Position numbers and translations under genes: made by a program
In this document: piece after piece, positions 21,105 through 34,848 of the stretch
Numbering within the stretch: the stretch's first letter is position 1
Layout of the letters: every line of letters starts with the position of its first letter
Notes under the pieces: generated by a model
What the model was told of the DNA's origin: nothing
Databases searched by the model: none
Seen by the model: only the letters and a program-made list of their open reading frames with translations
From: an uncultured Chloroflexia bacterium
Lineage (GTDB): Bacteria; Chloroflexota; Limnocylindria; Limnocylindrales; CSP1-4
NCBI GenBank assembly: GCA_963832105.1
Contig: CAWHSS010000002.1
Coordinates: 422,150-486,149, forward strand
Length of the DNA: 64,000 nucleotides
Reading direction: 5' to 3'

Positions 21105-21848
21105 TTATCGCCGCGACTTGGCGCGGGCGAAGGCGAGCGACGTGGCCGGGACGAGAAGCCCTGCGACGGCCAGCAGTGCCAGCAGGCCCGGCACGAACGG
21201 CGAGCCGCCGTGGCTCGCGGGAGCGGCCACCGCATCGGTTGCGGGCGGGGTCACGCCAGGCGTCCCGACAGCGCCGAGGACGCCTCCGCCGGTCGGGGTC
21301 GAGGTCGGCGGCGGCTGGACGACGTCCGGGGTTGCCGTCGGCTCCGGGGTCGGCGTCGGGTCGACAACCTCAGGCGTCGGGGTCGGTTCGGGGCAGGTCA
21401 CCGAGATGCTCTTGGTGTCGGACGCGAGGACGACGTCGACCGCAAGATCGGCGGCGATCCCCGTCGCCTCGGCCCGCCAGCCCTCGAGGGTCGTGCAGCC
21501 GGCCTCGTCGAGGGTCGCAGTCGAACGATCGCCGCGAATGTCGAGGAGCAGGGGAGCGGCCCCTTCAGCCGGGCGGGGAACTCCGCTGATCACGACGGCG
21601 CCGTCCGAACCCATGGTCGCTGCGGGCAGCGATGCCGGGTTCTCGTCGCCCTCGTGGTAGAAGAAGAGCTGGATCGAGGCGCCTGCCATCGGGCCGTCAT
21701 CGGGATCGACCCACGTGACCGTCACGGTGCCGTCCAGGACGACGTCGTCGGGCGCGGGCTCAGCGGCGAGCGCGGCCGCGCCCCCGGCGATCGACAAGAT
21801 CAACCCGGCGGTCAACGCGACCGCCCAGCCCCGGTACTTCAGTCCCAC
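21105..21848 (-). CDS. Secreted surface protein with Pro/Thr linker and C-terminal membrane anchor
   Basis: Signal peptide (...GGAAALA), beta-rich domain with two Cys, PT-rich stalk, TPPATD + hydrophobic helix + RAKSRR. Confidence 0.7.
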   Translation of the reverse strand: MGLKYRGWAVALTAGLILSIAGGAAALAAEPAPDDVVLDGTVTVTWVDPDDGPMAGASIQLFFYHEGDENPASLPAATMGSDGAVVISGVPRPAEGAAPLLLDIRGDRSTATLDEAGCTTLEGWRAEATGIAADLAVDVVLASDTKSISVTCPEPTPTPEVVDPTPTPEPTATPDVVQPPPTSTPTGGGVLGAVGTPGVTPPATDAVAAPASHGGSPFVPGLLALLAVAGLLVPATSLAFARAKSRR

Positions 21849-22127
21849 GCGCGCTCTCTCCGAAAGTCCTGGCCTCGAACCGGTCGCGAGGATTGCATCC
21901 CGGCGGCACCGGCGTCCATACGGCGTTCGCCGCATTCGCGGTTTGGCAGTGCACCGGCGCACCGCCGGTCGAGACAGCGCGCTGACTTCCCTATCCCGCC
22001 CCCGTGACCCCGGTGATAGACTCCGCCCCTGAGCGAGGCCGAATTGCGTCCCCCGGGAGAGGGTCGGCCCCGGTCGAAACGAACAAACGAACGAACATTG
22101 GTCCGGAAAGCCACCGGAGGAGAGTCG

Positions 22128-23366
22128 ATGCCGTTGCGTTCCGATTCCGAGAACTTCGCGCTGATTCGGGTCATCGGCGTCGGTGGCGGCGGCAGCAACG
22201 CCGTCAACCGGATGATCCGGGCCGAGATGATGGGCGTCGAGTTCATCGCCTGCAACACCGACGCGCAGGCGCTGCTCCAGTCGGACGCGCCGCACAAGAT
22301 CCGGATCGGGGACAAGATCACCAGGGGCCTCGGGGCCGGCGGTGACAGCACGATCGGGCAGCGGGCGGCCGAGGAGGACTCCGAGAAGATCGCCCAGGCG
22401 CTCGTCGATTCGGACATGGTCTTCATCACCGCGGGACTCGGTGGCGGGACCGGCTCCGGCGCCGCCCCGATCGTCGCCCAGATGGCCAAGGAGGCCGGCG
22501 CGCTGACGATCGGCGTCGTGACGAAGCCGTTCGCTTTCGAGGGCGCCAAGCGCAAGCTCGTCGCGGAGAAGTCGGCCGAGGAGCTGAAGGCCCAGGTCGA
22601 CACGCTGATCACGATCCCGAACGACCGGCTCAAGGACGTCGTCCAGAAGAACACCTCGATCATCGACGCCTTCCGAGTCGTCGACGACGTCCTCCGCCAG
22701 GGCGTCCAGGGGATCAGCGACATCATCACGATGCCGGGGCTGATCAACCTCGACTTCGCCGACGTCCGGGCGATCATGAAGGACGCCGGGTCGGCGCTGA
22801 TGGGCATCGGCCGGGCGACCGGCGAGAACCGGGCGGTCGAGGCGGCCCGAATGGCGATCGCCAGCCCGCTCCTCGAAGTCAACATCCAGGGCGCCCAGGG
22901 CATCCTCTTCAACATCACCGGCTCGTCGAGCCTGAGCCTGTTCGAGGTGACCGAAGCCGCCGAGGAGATCCGCGCCGCGGCCGACCCGGAGGCGAACATC
23001 ATCTTCGGGACGAGCTTCAACGAGCGCCTCGGCGACGAGGTGATGATCACCGTCATCGCGACCGGCTTCGACGGCATGCGGAAGCGCGAGACGCGCCACG
23101 CCGCGGCCGCCCAGCCGACGGACGCCTCGGCGTCGCTTCGCGCGCCGCGCGAGCGCGACTTCCTCGAGGAGCTCGAGCGGCAGCGAGTCCAGTCGAATGA
23201 CGGCTTCGAGATCCCGCCGGCCGAGATCGACCATGGCGCTGCAGCGTCGGCGCCGGCCCCGAGCCCGCGAGTCGAGCGGTCGGTCGGGGAGCCGGTGCCG
23301 GTGAAGCGCGCCGCGGCCTACGACGCCGACGACCTGGAAATCCCGAGCTTCCTTCGCCGGAAGTAG
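22128..23366 (+). CDS. ftsZ: Cell division protein FtsZ
   Basis: [27 protein letters not shown]-terminal [19 protein letters not shown]. Confidence 0.98.
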   Translation: MPLRSDSENFALIRVIGVGGGGSNAVNRMIRAEMMGVEFIACNTDAQALLQSDAPHKIRIGDKITRGLGAGGDSTIGQRAAEEDSEKIAQALVDSDMVFITAGLGGGTGSGAAPIVAQMAKEAGALTIGVVTKPFAFEGAKRKLVAEKSAEELKAQVDTLITIPNDRLKDVVQKNTSIIDAFRVVDDVLRQGVQGISDIITMPGLINLDFADVRAIMKDAGSALMGIGRATGENRAVEAARMAIASPLLEVNIQGAQGILFNITGSSSLSLFEVTEAAEEIRAAADPEANIIFGTSFNERLGDEVMITVIATGFDGMRKRETRHAAAAQPTDASASLRAPRERDFLEELERQRVQSNDGFEIPPAEIDHGAAASAPAPSPRVERSVGEPVPVKRAAAYDADDLEIPSFLRRK

Positions 23367-23379
23367 CCGTGGGCCGCTG

Positions 23380-24089
23380 ATGGCCCGCGACGAAGCACAG
23401 ATCGCGGTTCTTGCTTCCGCGCGTGAGCGCGTCCTCGGGCGGATCGCGGATGCTGCCGCTCGGGTGGGACGCGATCCTGCCTCGGTATCGCTCGTCGCCG
23501 TCTCGAAGACCGTGCCGGTCGACCGCCTCGTCGCGGCGGTTGCCGCTGGGCTGACGACGCTCGGCGAGAACCGGGTCCAGGAGGCCGAGGGAAAGGCCGA
23601 AGCCGTTGGCGGCGCCACGTGGCACCTCGTCGGACCGCTCCAGTCGAACAAGGTCCGTCGGGCGCTCGAGGTCTTCGAAACGATCGAGTCGGTCGATTCG
23701 GTCGAGCTCGCCCGGCGCATCGACCGGCTCGCCGACCGACGTCCGCCCCGGCGAGCGGGTCCCCGTCCTTCTCCAGGTCAACGTCGACGACGACGCCGCC
23801 AAGGCGGGCTTCTCGCCGGCCGCCATCGAGGAGCAGCTGGGCGAGATCCTCGCGCTCGAGCACCTCGACGTCCGCGGCCTGATGACGGTCGGCCGGCTGG
23901 TCGATCGGCCAGAGGACGCCCGACCCACGTTCGTCGCGCTCCGGTACCCTCGGCGAGCGGCTCCGCGCCCGCCACCCCGTACTCGGGCCGGAGCTGTCGA
24001 TGGGTATGACCGACGACTACGACATCGCCGTCGAGGAGGGCGCGACGATCGTCCGCGTCGGCCGGGCATTGTTCGGCGAGCGGCATTGA
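23380..24089 (+). CDS. yggS: PLP homeostasis protein YggS/PLPBP, frameshifted
   Basis: [60 protein letters not shown]. Confidence 0.92.
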
Positions 24090-24209
24090 GCGGGTACGGA
24101 TAGTGAGCGGGTAGCGATCCCGGAGATCGGGGCGTAGACTCGAACGGTGGCGTGCGTCCTCGGGGAACCCGGCTCACCAGCCACACACCAGCCGACGGAG
24201 GGCTGAGCC

Positions 24210-24491
24210 CTGGCTGACATCGACGTCCGTTTCGCGGTCCGGCTGACTCCGCGCGCCGGGGCCGACCATGTCGATGGCGCCGTCGACGGTGTTCTCAGGG
24301 CCCATGTCGCGGCGCCGGCGGTCGGTGGGGCGGCGAACCAGGCCCTGATCCGGCTGCTCGCCGATGAGCTCGGCGTCGGCCGACGCTCTGTCCGGCTCGT
24401 CGCCGGCGCGGCCGGTCGCCAGAAGCTGATCGTCGTCGAAGGCGTCGAGCCCGACGTCGTCGTTGCCCGCTGGCCGGGCCTCCGGGTATGA
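24210..24491 (+). CDS. yggU: DUF167/YggU family protein (absent from ORF track; apparent CTG start)
   Basis: VRLTPRAGADHVDG...VAAPAVGGAANQALIRLLADELGV...RQKLIVVEG. GGAGG 8 nt upstream of CTG. Confidence 0.8.
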   Translation: MADIDVRFAVRLTPRAGADHVDGAVDGVLRAHVAAPAVGGAANQALIRLLADELGVGRRSVRLVAGAAGRQKLIVVEGVEPDVVVARWPGLRV

Positions 24492-24510
24492 TCGCCGCCG
24501 CGATCTTCGC

Positions 24511-24587
24511 GGGCGATTAGCTCAGTTGGTTAGAGCGTACGGTTCACATCCGTAAGGTCACTGGTTCGAGCCCAGTATCGCCCACCA
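24511..24587 (+). tRNA. tRNA-Val (anticodon CAC)
   Basis: GGGCGAT/ATCGCCC acceptor, AGCTCAGTTGGTTAGAGC D-arm, TACGG-TTCACAT-CCGTA anticodon arm, GGTTCGAG T-loop, encoded CCA. Confidence 0.97.
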
Positions 24588-24641
24588 CGACGACCCACCA
24601 CCGACCCGCCTGGTCTGCCACTGCACGAGCAGAAGACACCG

Positions 24642-25517
24642 ATGACGAAGGCCACCGCGTCGCCCAAGGTCGATCGCACGATCCGGCTGCAGGACGGGCG
24701 ACAGCTGGCGTACTGCGAATGGGGTGACCTTGACGGCAGGCCGGTCGTCCTCTTCCACGGCGCGCCGGGCTCCCGCCTGTTCTGCCCGGACGAGGAAGCG
24801 ACCCAGGCGGCAGGCGTGCGACTCCTCACGGTCGACCGCCCCGGCTACGGGCGATCGGACCCTCGACCGGGGCGCACGCTCCTGGACTGGCCAGCCGACT
24901 ACATCGAGCTGGCAGACGAGCTCGACCTCCCGCCGTGCCCGGTCATCGGATGGTCGGCCGGCGGCAAATATGCCTTGGCCGTTGGCTTCGCCGCCGCAGA
25001 TCGAGTCACCACCATCGGCCTCGCCGGAAGCCCCGGGCCAAGGGATCAGGTTCCGGGAGCCCTCGATGAGCTGTCGCCGGAAGACCGGGCCGTCGTCGAA
25101 TTGCTGGCCCGGGACCGCCCCGCCGGTCTGGCGGCCCTCGGCGAGGATTGTGCCTGGTATGCGGGCGACGGCTGGGCGGCGCTATTCGCGGAGAGCTGGG
25201 GCGACGCCGACGACCGGCTCCTTGCACAGCCCGACGTACTCGACCCAATGAAGGCGTTGATACGCGAAGGCGCCCGACAGGGTTCGGCAGGGTTCGCGAG
25301 CGACGAAGCCGTCGCGTTGACGCCCTGGGCCCTCTCGGTGGCCGACATTCGCCAGCCAGTGCACGTCTGGGTGGGGGACTCCGATATCCTGGTCGGTCGG
25401 TCTCACGGGGACTATCTCGCCGCGTCGATCCCTGGAGCGACCCTCGTCACCTTCCCCGCCGCGGGCCACATTTTCCCGATCAGCCATTGGGCCGAGATCC
25501 TCGCCGCATTGCTCTGA
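24642..25517 (+). CDS. Alpha/beta fold hydrolase
   Basis: DGRQLAY, HGAPGSR, DRPGYGRS, nucleophile GWSAGG, C-terminal AGH. Confidence 0.9.
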   Translation: MTKATASPKVDRTIRLQDGRQLAYCEWGDLDGRPVVLFHGAPGSRLFCPDEEATQAAGVRLLTVDRPGYGRSDPRPGRTLLDWPADYIELADELDLPPCPVIGWSAGGKYALAVGFAAADRVTTIGLAGSPGPRDQVPGALDELSPEDRAVVELLARDRPAGLAALGEDCAWYAGDGWAALFAESWGDADDRLLAQPDVLDPMKALIREGARQGSAGFASDEAVALTPWALSVADIRQPVHVWVGDSDILVGRSHGDYLAASIPGATLVTFPAAGHIFPISHWAEILAALL

Positions 25518-25557
25518 CGGTCGGGAAAGGCATCCAGCCCGACGGTGGGCCATGGGG

Positions 25558-28083
25558 CTAGGCCGAGTCCCGCTCTCGCGCCGCCAGTGCCCGGACCATC
25601 TCAGCGCGGTGCTCCAGCAGCACCCGCTGGAGCCGCGGGTCGATGCCCGGGACCGCGAGCGCCGCGTCCGTCCGAGCGACGATCTCGGGTTCGACGAGCA
25701 CGGCGGGGAAGAGGTAGCGGCTCAGGGTCACCGCGATCTCGTACGTCCGCTCCTGCCACATCCGGGGCATCGCCTCGAAATACGGCTCGACGTACGGCCG
25801 GCCCAGGTCGAGCTGCTCCGGGTGCCAGAACCCGCGGGCGGTCGCGGTGACGAGGTGGTTCGAGAGCGTGTCCGAGTCGATGAGCGCCGACCAGGCCGCG
25901 GTCTTCGCGGCCTCGTTCGGGCGACTCGCCCGGGCGGTCGCCGCGTGCTCCTCGCCAGCGGAGGTCGTGTCGCGGGCCAGCTCGGCCTTGATGAACGACT
26001 CGTCGACGGCGTCGACGACAGCGAGGCGGCGGATGATGAGCCAGCGGAGCTCGACGTCCATGGCGAGCCCGTCGGGGACGTCCTCGCCATCGAGCCAGCG
26101 CTGGAGGAGCGCCACATCGGAGGGTGCAAGGGCGGCCCGACCGAACGAGCGGGCGTGGGCGAGCTGGACGTCGCCGCCGGGCTCCGCGCCGCGGAGGATC
26201 TCCAGGGAGCGGGCCGCCATCGCCCCGAGCCGTTCCTCGCGCCGATCGCGCTCGGCCGAAACTGTCGATCGACTGGCGGACGTGCTTGATGAGGTCCTCG
26301 GTGACCCCGATGTCGCGTTCGCGGACGATGCCGTCGAGGACCAGCCGGACGTAGTCGCCGGGTGCGAGCTCTGCGTCGCGCGTCAGGTCCCAGATCGCGG
26401 CCCACAGCAGGGCTCGGGCGAGCGAGCCCTCGAGCCGGCCGATGCCGCCGTCGAGGACCGTCGCCATGGACCGCTCGTCGAGCCGGATCTTGGCCCACGT
26501 GTGGTCCTCGTCGTTGACGAGGAGCAGGTCCGGCACGGCGACCCCGGCGAGGGCAGTCGACGTCCGTCCGGGCGCCGACCACGTCGAGCTCGACCCGGTC
26601 GCGGCGAACGAGCCGCTCGCCATCGCGGTCATACAGGCCGATCGCGATCCGGTGGGACCTGAGCGTCGGCCACTCCGGCGGCGCGGTCTGCTCGATGGTG
26701 ACGCGTTCGTATGTGGGGGGACCGTCCGCGTCGCCGGCCAGAGCCACCTCGGGCCGGAGGGTGTTGACCCCGGCCGTTTCGAGCCACGATTTCGACCAGT
26801 CCGTCAGCTCCCGGCCGCTCGCCCGCTCGAGCGATCGGAGCAGGTCGGCGAGCGTCGCGTTGGCGTAGGCATTGGTCTGGAGGTACTCGCGCAGGCCGAC
26901 ACGGAACGGCTCGAAGCCGACCCAGGCGACGAGCTGCTTGAGGACCGCCGCGCCCTTGGCATACGAGATCCCGTCGAAGTTGAGCATCGCCGACGCGCTG
27001 TCGGGGACGGGCCCCGACACCGGGTGGGTCGACGGCAGCTGGTCCTGCTCGTAGCCCCAGGCCTTCTCGCTCGAGCAGAACGTCGTCCACGCATCGCGGA
27101 AGCGGGTGGCTTCGACGAGCGCGACATGGGCCATGTAGTCGGCGAACGACTCGTTGAGCCAGATGTCGTCCCACCAGCGCATCGTCACGAGGTCGCCGAA
27201 CCACATGTGGGCCATCTCGTGGGCGATGATCTCGGTCCGCGTCTGGCGCGACGTGTCGGTCACCCGGGCCCGGAAGACGAACTCGTCGGCGATCGTCACG
27301 CAGCCGACGTTCTCCATCGCCCCGGCGTTGAACTCCGGCACGAAGACCTGGTCGTACTTGCCGAACGGGTAGGGGATCTCGAGCAGTCGGTGGTAGTAGT
27401 CGAAGGACTGGTGCGTCGCCTCGAGGATCTCCTCGGCTTCGAGGAACGGGGCGAGGGACTGCCGGCAATGGATGCCGAGCGGGATCCCGTCGTGGTCGTC
27501 GGTCACCGAGTGGTAGCGCCCGGCGGCGAGGGCGAAGAGGTACGTCGAGATCGGCAAGCGTCGGCTCGAACGACCAGCGACCCGGGCCCGTGCTCGTCCC
27601 CGCCGTGTTCCCGATGACGATCCAGGCCTCGGGCGCGTCCACGCTGAGCGCGAACGTCGCCTTGATGTCGGCCTGGTCGAAGCAGGCGAAGATCCGATGG
27701 GCGTCGTAGAGGAACGACTGGGTGTAGAGGTAGACCTCGCCGTCGGCCGGGTCCTCGAAGCGGTGGAGGCCCTCGCCCGTCGTCGAGTACGCGCACTCGG
27801 CGATGACCGTGACTTCGTTCTCGGCGAGCAGGTCGGTCAGCGGAACCCGGTCCCCGACGATGCTTCCGGGGTCGATCTCGCGTCCGTTGAGGACGATCGA
27901 CTCGACGTGCGGCGCGAGAATCTCGATGTACGAGCTGGCGCCCGGCTCGCTACAACGAAAGCGGGTTCGGGAGACGGACCCGAAGCGCTCGGCGCCTCGG
28001 GTGAGGTCGAGCTGGACATCGTACGAGTCCACGTCGATGAGACGCGCGCGCTCGGCGGCCTCGTCCTGGGTGATGACATGCAT
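25558..28083 (-). CDS. pepN: Aminopeptidase N (M1 family), frameshifted
   Basis: FACFDQADIKA, PEFNAGAMEN, HEMAHMWFGDLV...LNES, FDGISYAKG, ERAP1-like C-terminal domain. Confidence 0.93.
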
Positions 28084-28237
28084 CGGTGCATCGTGAGGCA
28101 CGCGCGTCACGTCGGTATCGCCGTCGCACGCCACGAGTTGCAACGGCCAAGCCACGCCTCATCGCCGGCGCGGTGCGCACCCGACAGTACCGAGGCGGCA
28201 GGCTGCGAGGACTCAGCTCACGTCTTCGGAGGCACGC

Positions 28238-28321
28238 ATGGGCAGGTTCGCACTCGGGTTCATCGTGGCGATCATCGTCGTGATCTTCATCGTGGTGCAG
28301 TGCGCTCAGGCGCTCTTCTGA
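28238..28321 (+). CDS. 27-aa single-TM small protein
   Basis: SD GGAGG then MGRFALGFIVAIIVVIFIVVQCAQALF*. GC-rich third positions typical of this genome. Confidence 0.65.
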   Translation: MGRFALGFIVAIIVVIFIVVQCAQALF

Positions 28322-28330
28322 GGGTCGCCT

Positions 28331-29712
28331 TCAGCCTCGCCGGCCGCGGCGCCCCAGGCTCCGGCGCAGCGACCGCCACCGATTCACCGCCCGCCGGTTC
28401 TCGCGAGTCGAGAGGCGTGACGCCGGCGAAGCGGGCGAGGGCGTAGTCGGCGGCGAGGAGATCGAGGCTCAGGTCGCTCGAACCGGCCGACCGCAACCGT
28501 CGCGCATGCTCCGCGGGCGTTTCGGCAGGTTCGCGCCGGACGGCGGGTCGATCGGCCACGTCGTCGATGAGCGCCTCGTAGGCGGTTGCCGCGTCGATCG
28601 GCGCCGGGCGGCGACGGCGACGGCCGAGCCGCGCGAACCGGCCCGACCCGGGCCGATCGATCCCGCGATCGATCGTGCGAGTCTCCGGGACGTCGTCCTC
28701 GAACCGGGGGATCCGCCGCATCCACAGCCGCGCCAGCACGACCACCCCGATCGCGGCGAGGACCAGCAGCAGGCCGGCGCCGATCGCGATGGCTTCGTCG
28801 GGCGGCGAGGCAACAACGTCGGGCGTCGGCACGATCGGGCCCGTCGGTCGTGGGGCTGGGTCCGCCGACGATGTTCATGAATGTCGAGACGGCCACGATC
28901 GCGATCAGGGCGAAGATCAGGAGCCGAGCCGTCCGCCGGTCGAACCCGACCACCAGCCCGATGACGAGCAGCGGCACGATCGACACGCCGACCACGAAGG
29001 CGATCGCCGGAGCCGCGATCGAGGAAACGGGAATCGCCAGCGCACCAGCCGCGAGGACCAGCACGGCCAGCAGCCCGACCGACGTGGGATTCCGCCGCCA
29101 GTCGAAGCCCGAATCGGCGCCGACGGCTGCCAGCCGGGTCAGCGCGAGCGCGAGCGTCGCCGTCGTCACGAACGTGATCACCGCGACGATGGCGTCGGCG
29201 AGGAACTGCCCCCGGAAGGGCTCGGCGACCATCCCGCCGACGATCGCGGCGATCGCGAGCCCCGGCACGCCCGCCCCGAGGAGCCGGCCGATCGTCTCCT
29301 CGCTGAGCGGCAGCCGGGCGTGGGCGAACCCGCGGAGGATCGCGAGCGCTGCGAGCCAGCCGCCGGGGTTGCCCGCCAGCGCGTCGCCGACGGCTCCGGC
29401 GGAGAGCGCCGCCCGTGCCTCAGGCGCGCTCAGCGAGCCCACGACGCCGCCGGCCACGCACAAACCCAGCCCGACGAGGGGCCAGCGCTCGCCGAGGCGC
29501 GGACCCGCGACTCGGGCGGCGATCACCCCGGCAGCGACGAACGCGGTCAGCGACGCGATGCTCAGCGTCGGGGGATGAAGCGTGAACTCCTGGACCAGTC
29601 CCGCGACGACCGAGACCCAGGCCGCCTCGGCGACGATGACGAGCGCGAGCGGGACGACGGGCAGGACGGCGACCGCTCGCCGCCGCCGGTTCGCGGGCGG
29701 GGCGGCGCTCAT
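28331..29712 (-). CDS. Multi-pass membrane protein with C-terminal DUF4129-like domain, frameshifted
   Basis: Many TM helices. C-terminal RREPAETPAEHARR...YALARF. Confidence 0.7.
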
Positions 29713-30935
29713 TGGGCCACCACGAGCGTCTCGGCGGTCCGCCACGGCCCGTCGAGCCGGGCGCTGCGCGCCGCGAACCCGAACGCCCGGGCGCGAGCGG
29801 CGTCCTCGGTCGCCTGCCGGCCGCAGGCCAGGACGACGACCCGGCTGCCCGAACGCTCGATCCGCCGGAGGTGCGCCACGAACGGTGACGGATCGCGCGC
29901 GGTGAGGACGAGGACCGTCGTTCCCGGGCGAGCGACCCGTTCGGCGAACACGAGAAGGCGCTCGAACGGTGCGGAAGCATGCGACGACAGGCGGGCAAGC
30001 AGATCGAGGACCCGCTCCGCCTGGCCGGGCGCGGCCGACACGGGGATGTGGGCGAACCGGGTCTCGGCGCCCGAGTAGCCGGCCGCGGCGATCCCGAACA
30101 TCGCGTGCTCCGCGGCGAGCGACCGGGCGATCGATGCCGCAACGACGTACAGCTCCTCGACCGTCTCTTCGTCGAACCCCAGGTCCCAGGCAGGTCCGTG
30201 AGCGGTCTGCACGTCGAGGGCGATGAGGACCTCCCGGTCACGCGACGGCTCGAATCGCTTCGTGACTGGGCGGCCGAGCCTCGCGCTCGACCGCTGGTGG
30301 ATCCGCCGGATCGGATCTCCCGGCGCGTACGGCCGGACGCCGGCGAACCGGGCCGGATCCTCGGTCAGCCCGGCGCGGACGCGCTCGGTGCCGCCCCAGC
30401 GCTCCGGTCGTTCCAGCTCCGGGGTGGCGACGGTCCGCGGGCGAACGAGGAATCGCGTCGTCGAGGGCCGTGGCTCCGTCGCCGCCTGGCGAGCGACCAG
30501 GTCGCCGACCGCGAGCGTGACCGGCCCCAGCACGAACACGCCCCGGCGCTCAGCCCCGACATGGAAGTAGCGGGTCACTCGCTCCCACGGCGCCAGCGTC
30601 CACAGGTTCCGCAGCACGCCACCGTGCACGCCCTCGACGAGGGCCCGTTCGCGGACGACGACGCCGTGCGTCGCCTCGTCCTCCGCCCGCAGCCAGGCGA
30701 GCGGCAGGCCCTTGCGGTTCCAGACCTCGATCGTCAGCGGGATGTCGTCGCCCCACGTCGTCCGATCGGTCGCGAGGCGCCGGTCGTACGTCACGTCGCG
30801 CAGGCCGTAGCGGGCCCAGACCGCCCGGATCGTCTCGAGCACCAGCGTGAAGAAGCCCAGGACCATGACGATCGGCACGTTCAGCGCGGTGCCCGCGAGG
30901 ATCAGGAAGATCGCCGCGAGCGCCTGACCCGTCAT
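29709..30935 (-). CDS. DUF58 domain protein
   Basis: RRGVF, FAGVRPYAPGDPIRRIH...VTKRFE, downstream of a MoxR. Confidence 0.9.
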   Translation of the reverse strand: MTGQALAAIFLILAGTALNVPIVMVLGFFTLVLETIRAVWARYGLRDVTYDRRLATDRTTWGDDIPLTIEVWNRKGLPLAWLRAEDEATHGVVVRERALVEGVHGGVLRNLWTLAPWERVTRYFHVGAERRGVFVLGPVTLAVGDLVARQAATEPRPSTTRFLVRPRTVATPELERPERWGGTERVRAGLTEDPARFAGVRPYAPGDPIRRIHQRSSARLGRPVTKRFEPSRDREVLIALDVQTAHGPAWDLGFDEETVEELYVVAASIARSLAAEHAMFGIAAAGYSGAETRFAHIPVSAAPGQAERVLDLLARLSSHASAPFERLLVFAERVARPGTTVLVLTARDPSPFVAHLRRIERSGSRVVVLACGRQATEDAARARAFGFAARSARLDGPWRTAETLVVAQ

Positions 30936-30941
30936 GACCCG

Positions 30942-31954
30942 CTAGCGCTGAGGGAGCGGCGGGACCGGCACGGACTCGAGGATCGACGCGAGCGCCGATT
31001 CGGGCGTCGCGCCGCGGAGGCTCCGGTCGAGGTCGACGACGAGCCGGTGGGCGAGGACCGCCGCGGCCACGGTCTTGACGTCGTCCGGGCAGGACGAACG
31101 CGCGGCCCGCCAGGACGGCCGCTGCCTGGGCCACGCGGTACAGCGCGACCGTCGCCCGTGGACTCGCCCCGAGCTGGATGTCGTCGTGCGCCCGCGTCGC
31201 CCGGATCAGGGCGACGACGTAGGCCTCCACCTCGTCGCTGACATGGACCCGGCGGACCTCGTCGCGCAGGGCGAGCAGCCGGCCCGCGTCGGCGATCGGG
31301 GCGATTCGCTCGAGCGGCTCAGCGTCGGACTGGTGCCGCCGGGCGATCCGGCGTTCCCCGGCTTCGTCCGGGTAGCCGACCTGGACGCGGACGAGAAACC
31401 GGTCGAGCTGGGCCTGGGGCAGGGCGAACGTCCCCTCGAACTCGACGGGGTTCTGCGTGGCGAGGACGACGAACGGATCGGGCAACCGGTGGGTCGTCCC
31501 CTCGATCGAGACCTGCCGTTCCTGCATCGCCTCGAGCAGCGCCGACTGGGTCCGGGGCGTCGCCCGGTTGATCTCGTCGACCAGGAGGATGTTCGTGAAG
31601 ACAGGACCTGGCGACGAAGCGAAGGCCGCCGCCCTCGAAGATGCTCGACCCGGTCACATCGGTCGGGAGGAGGTCCGGCGTGCCCTGGATCCGGCCCGTC
31701 TCGAGATCGAGTGCCCGGGCGACGGCCCGGGCGAGGAGCGTCTTGCCGGTGCCCGGCACGTCCTCGACGAGGACATGCCCGTCGGCGAGGAGGGCGATGG
31801 TGACGAACCGGAGGGCCTCGTCGGCGCCGACGACCGCCAGGCCGACGGCCTCTCGCAGGTCGTCCCACAGCCGCCGGCCAGACGCGACGGCATCGGGACG
31901 CGGCTCGCCCCGGTCGCCGATCCCGATCTGGAGCGCCTCGGCCTCGGCGTCCAT
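30942..31954 (-). CDS. moxR: MoxR family AAA+ ATPase, frameshifted
   Basis: GHVLVEDVPGTGKT, TPDLLPTD, DEINRA, ATQNPVEFEGTFALPQAQLDRF, GASPRA. Confidence 0.92.
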
Positions 31955-31959
31955 CGGCG

Positions 31960-34813
<2,854 letters not shown>

Positions 34814-34848
34814 GCGTTCTCCGTCGCTGCGGTCGGTACACTCGTCGC

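Noticed and set aside
24204-24206. Selenocysteine at the in-frame TGA before DUF167
   Set aside because: The position is outside the domain, is not a known Cys site, and no convincing SECIS was seen.
24511-24640. Prophage or ICE at tRNA-Val
   Set aside because: No integrase, phage genes or duplicated tRNA 3' end were seen.
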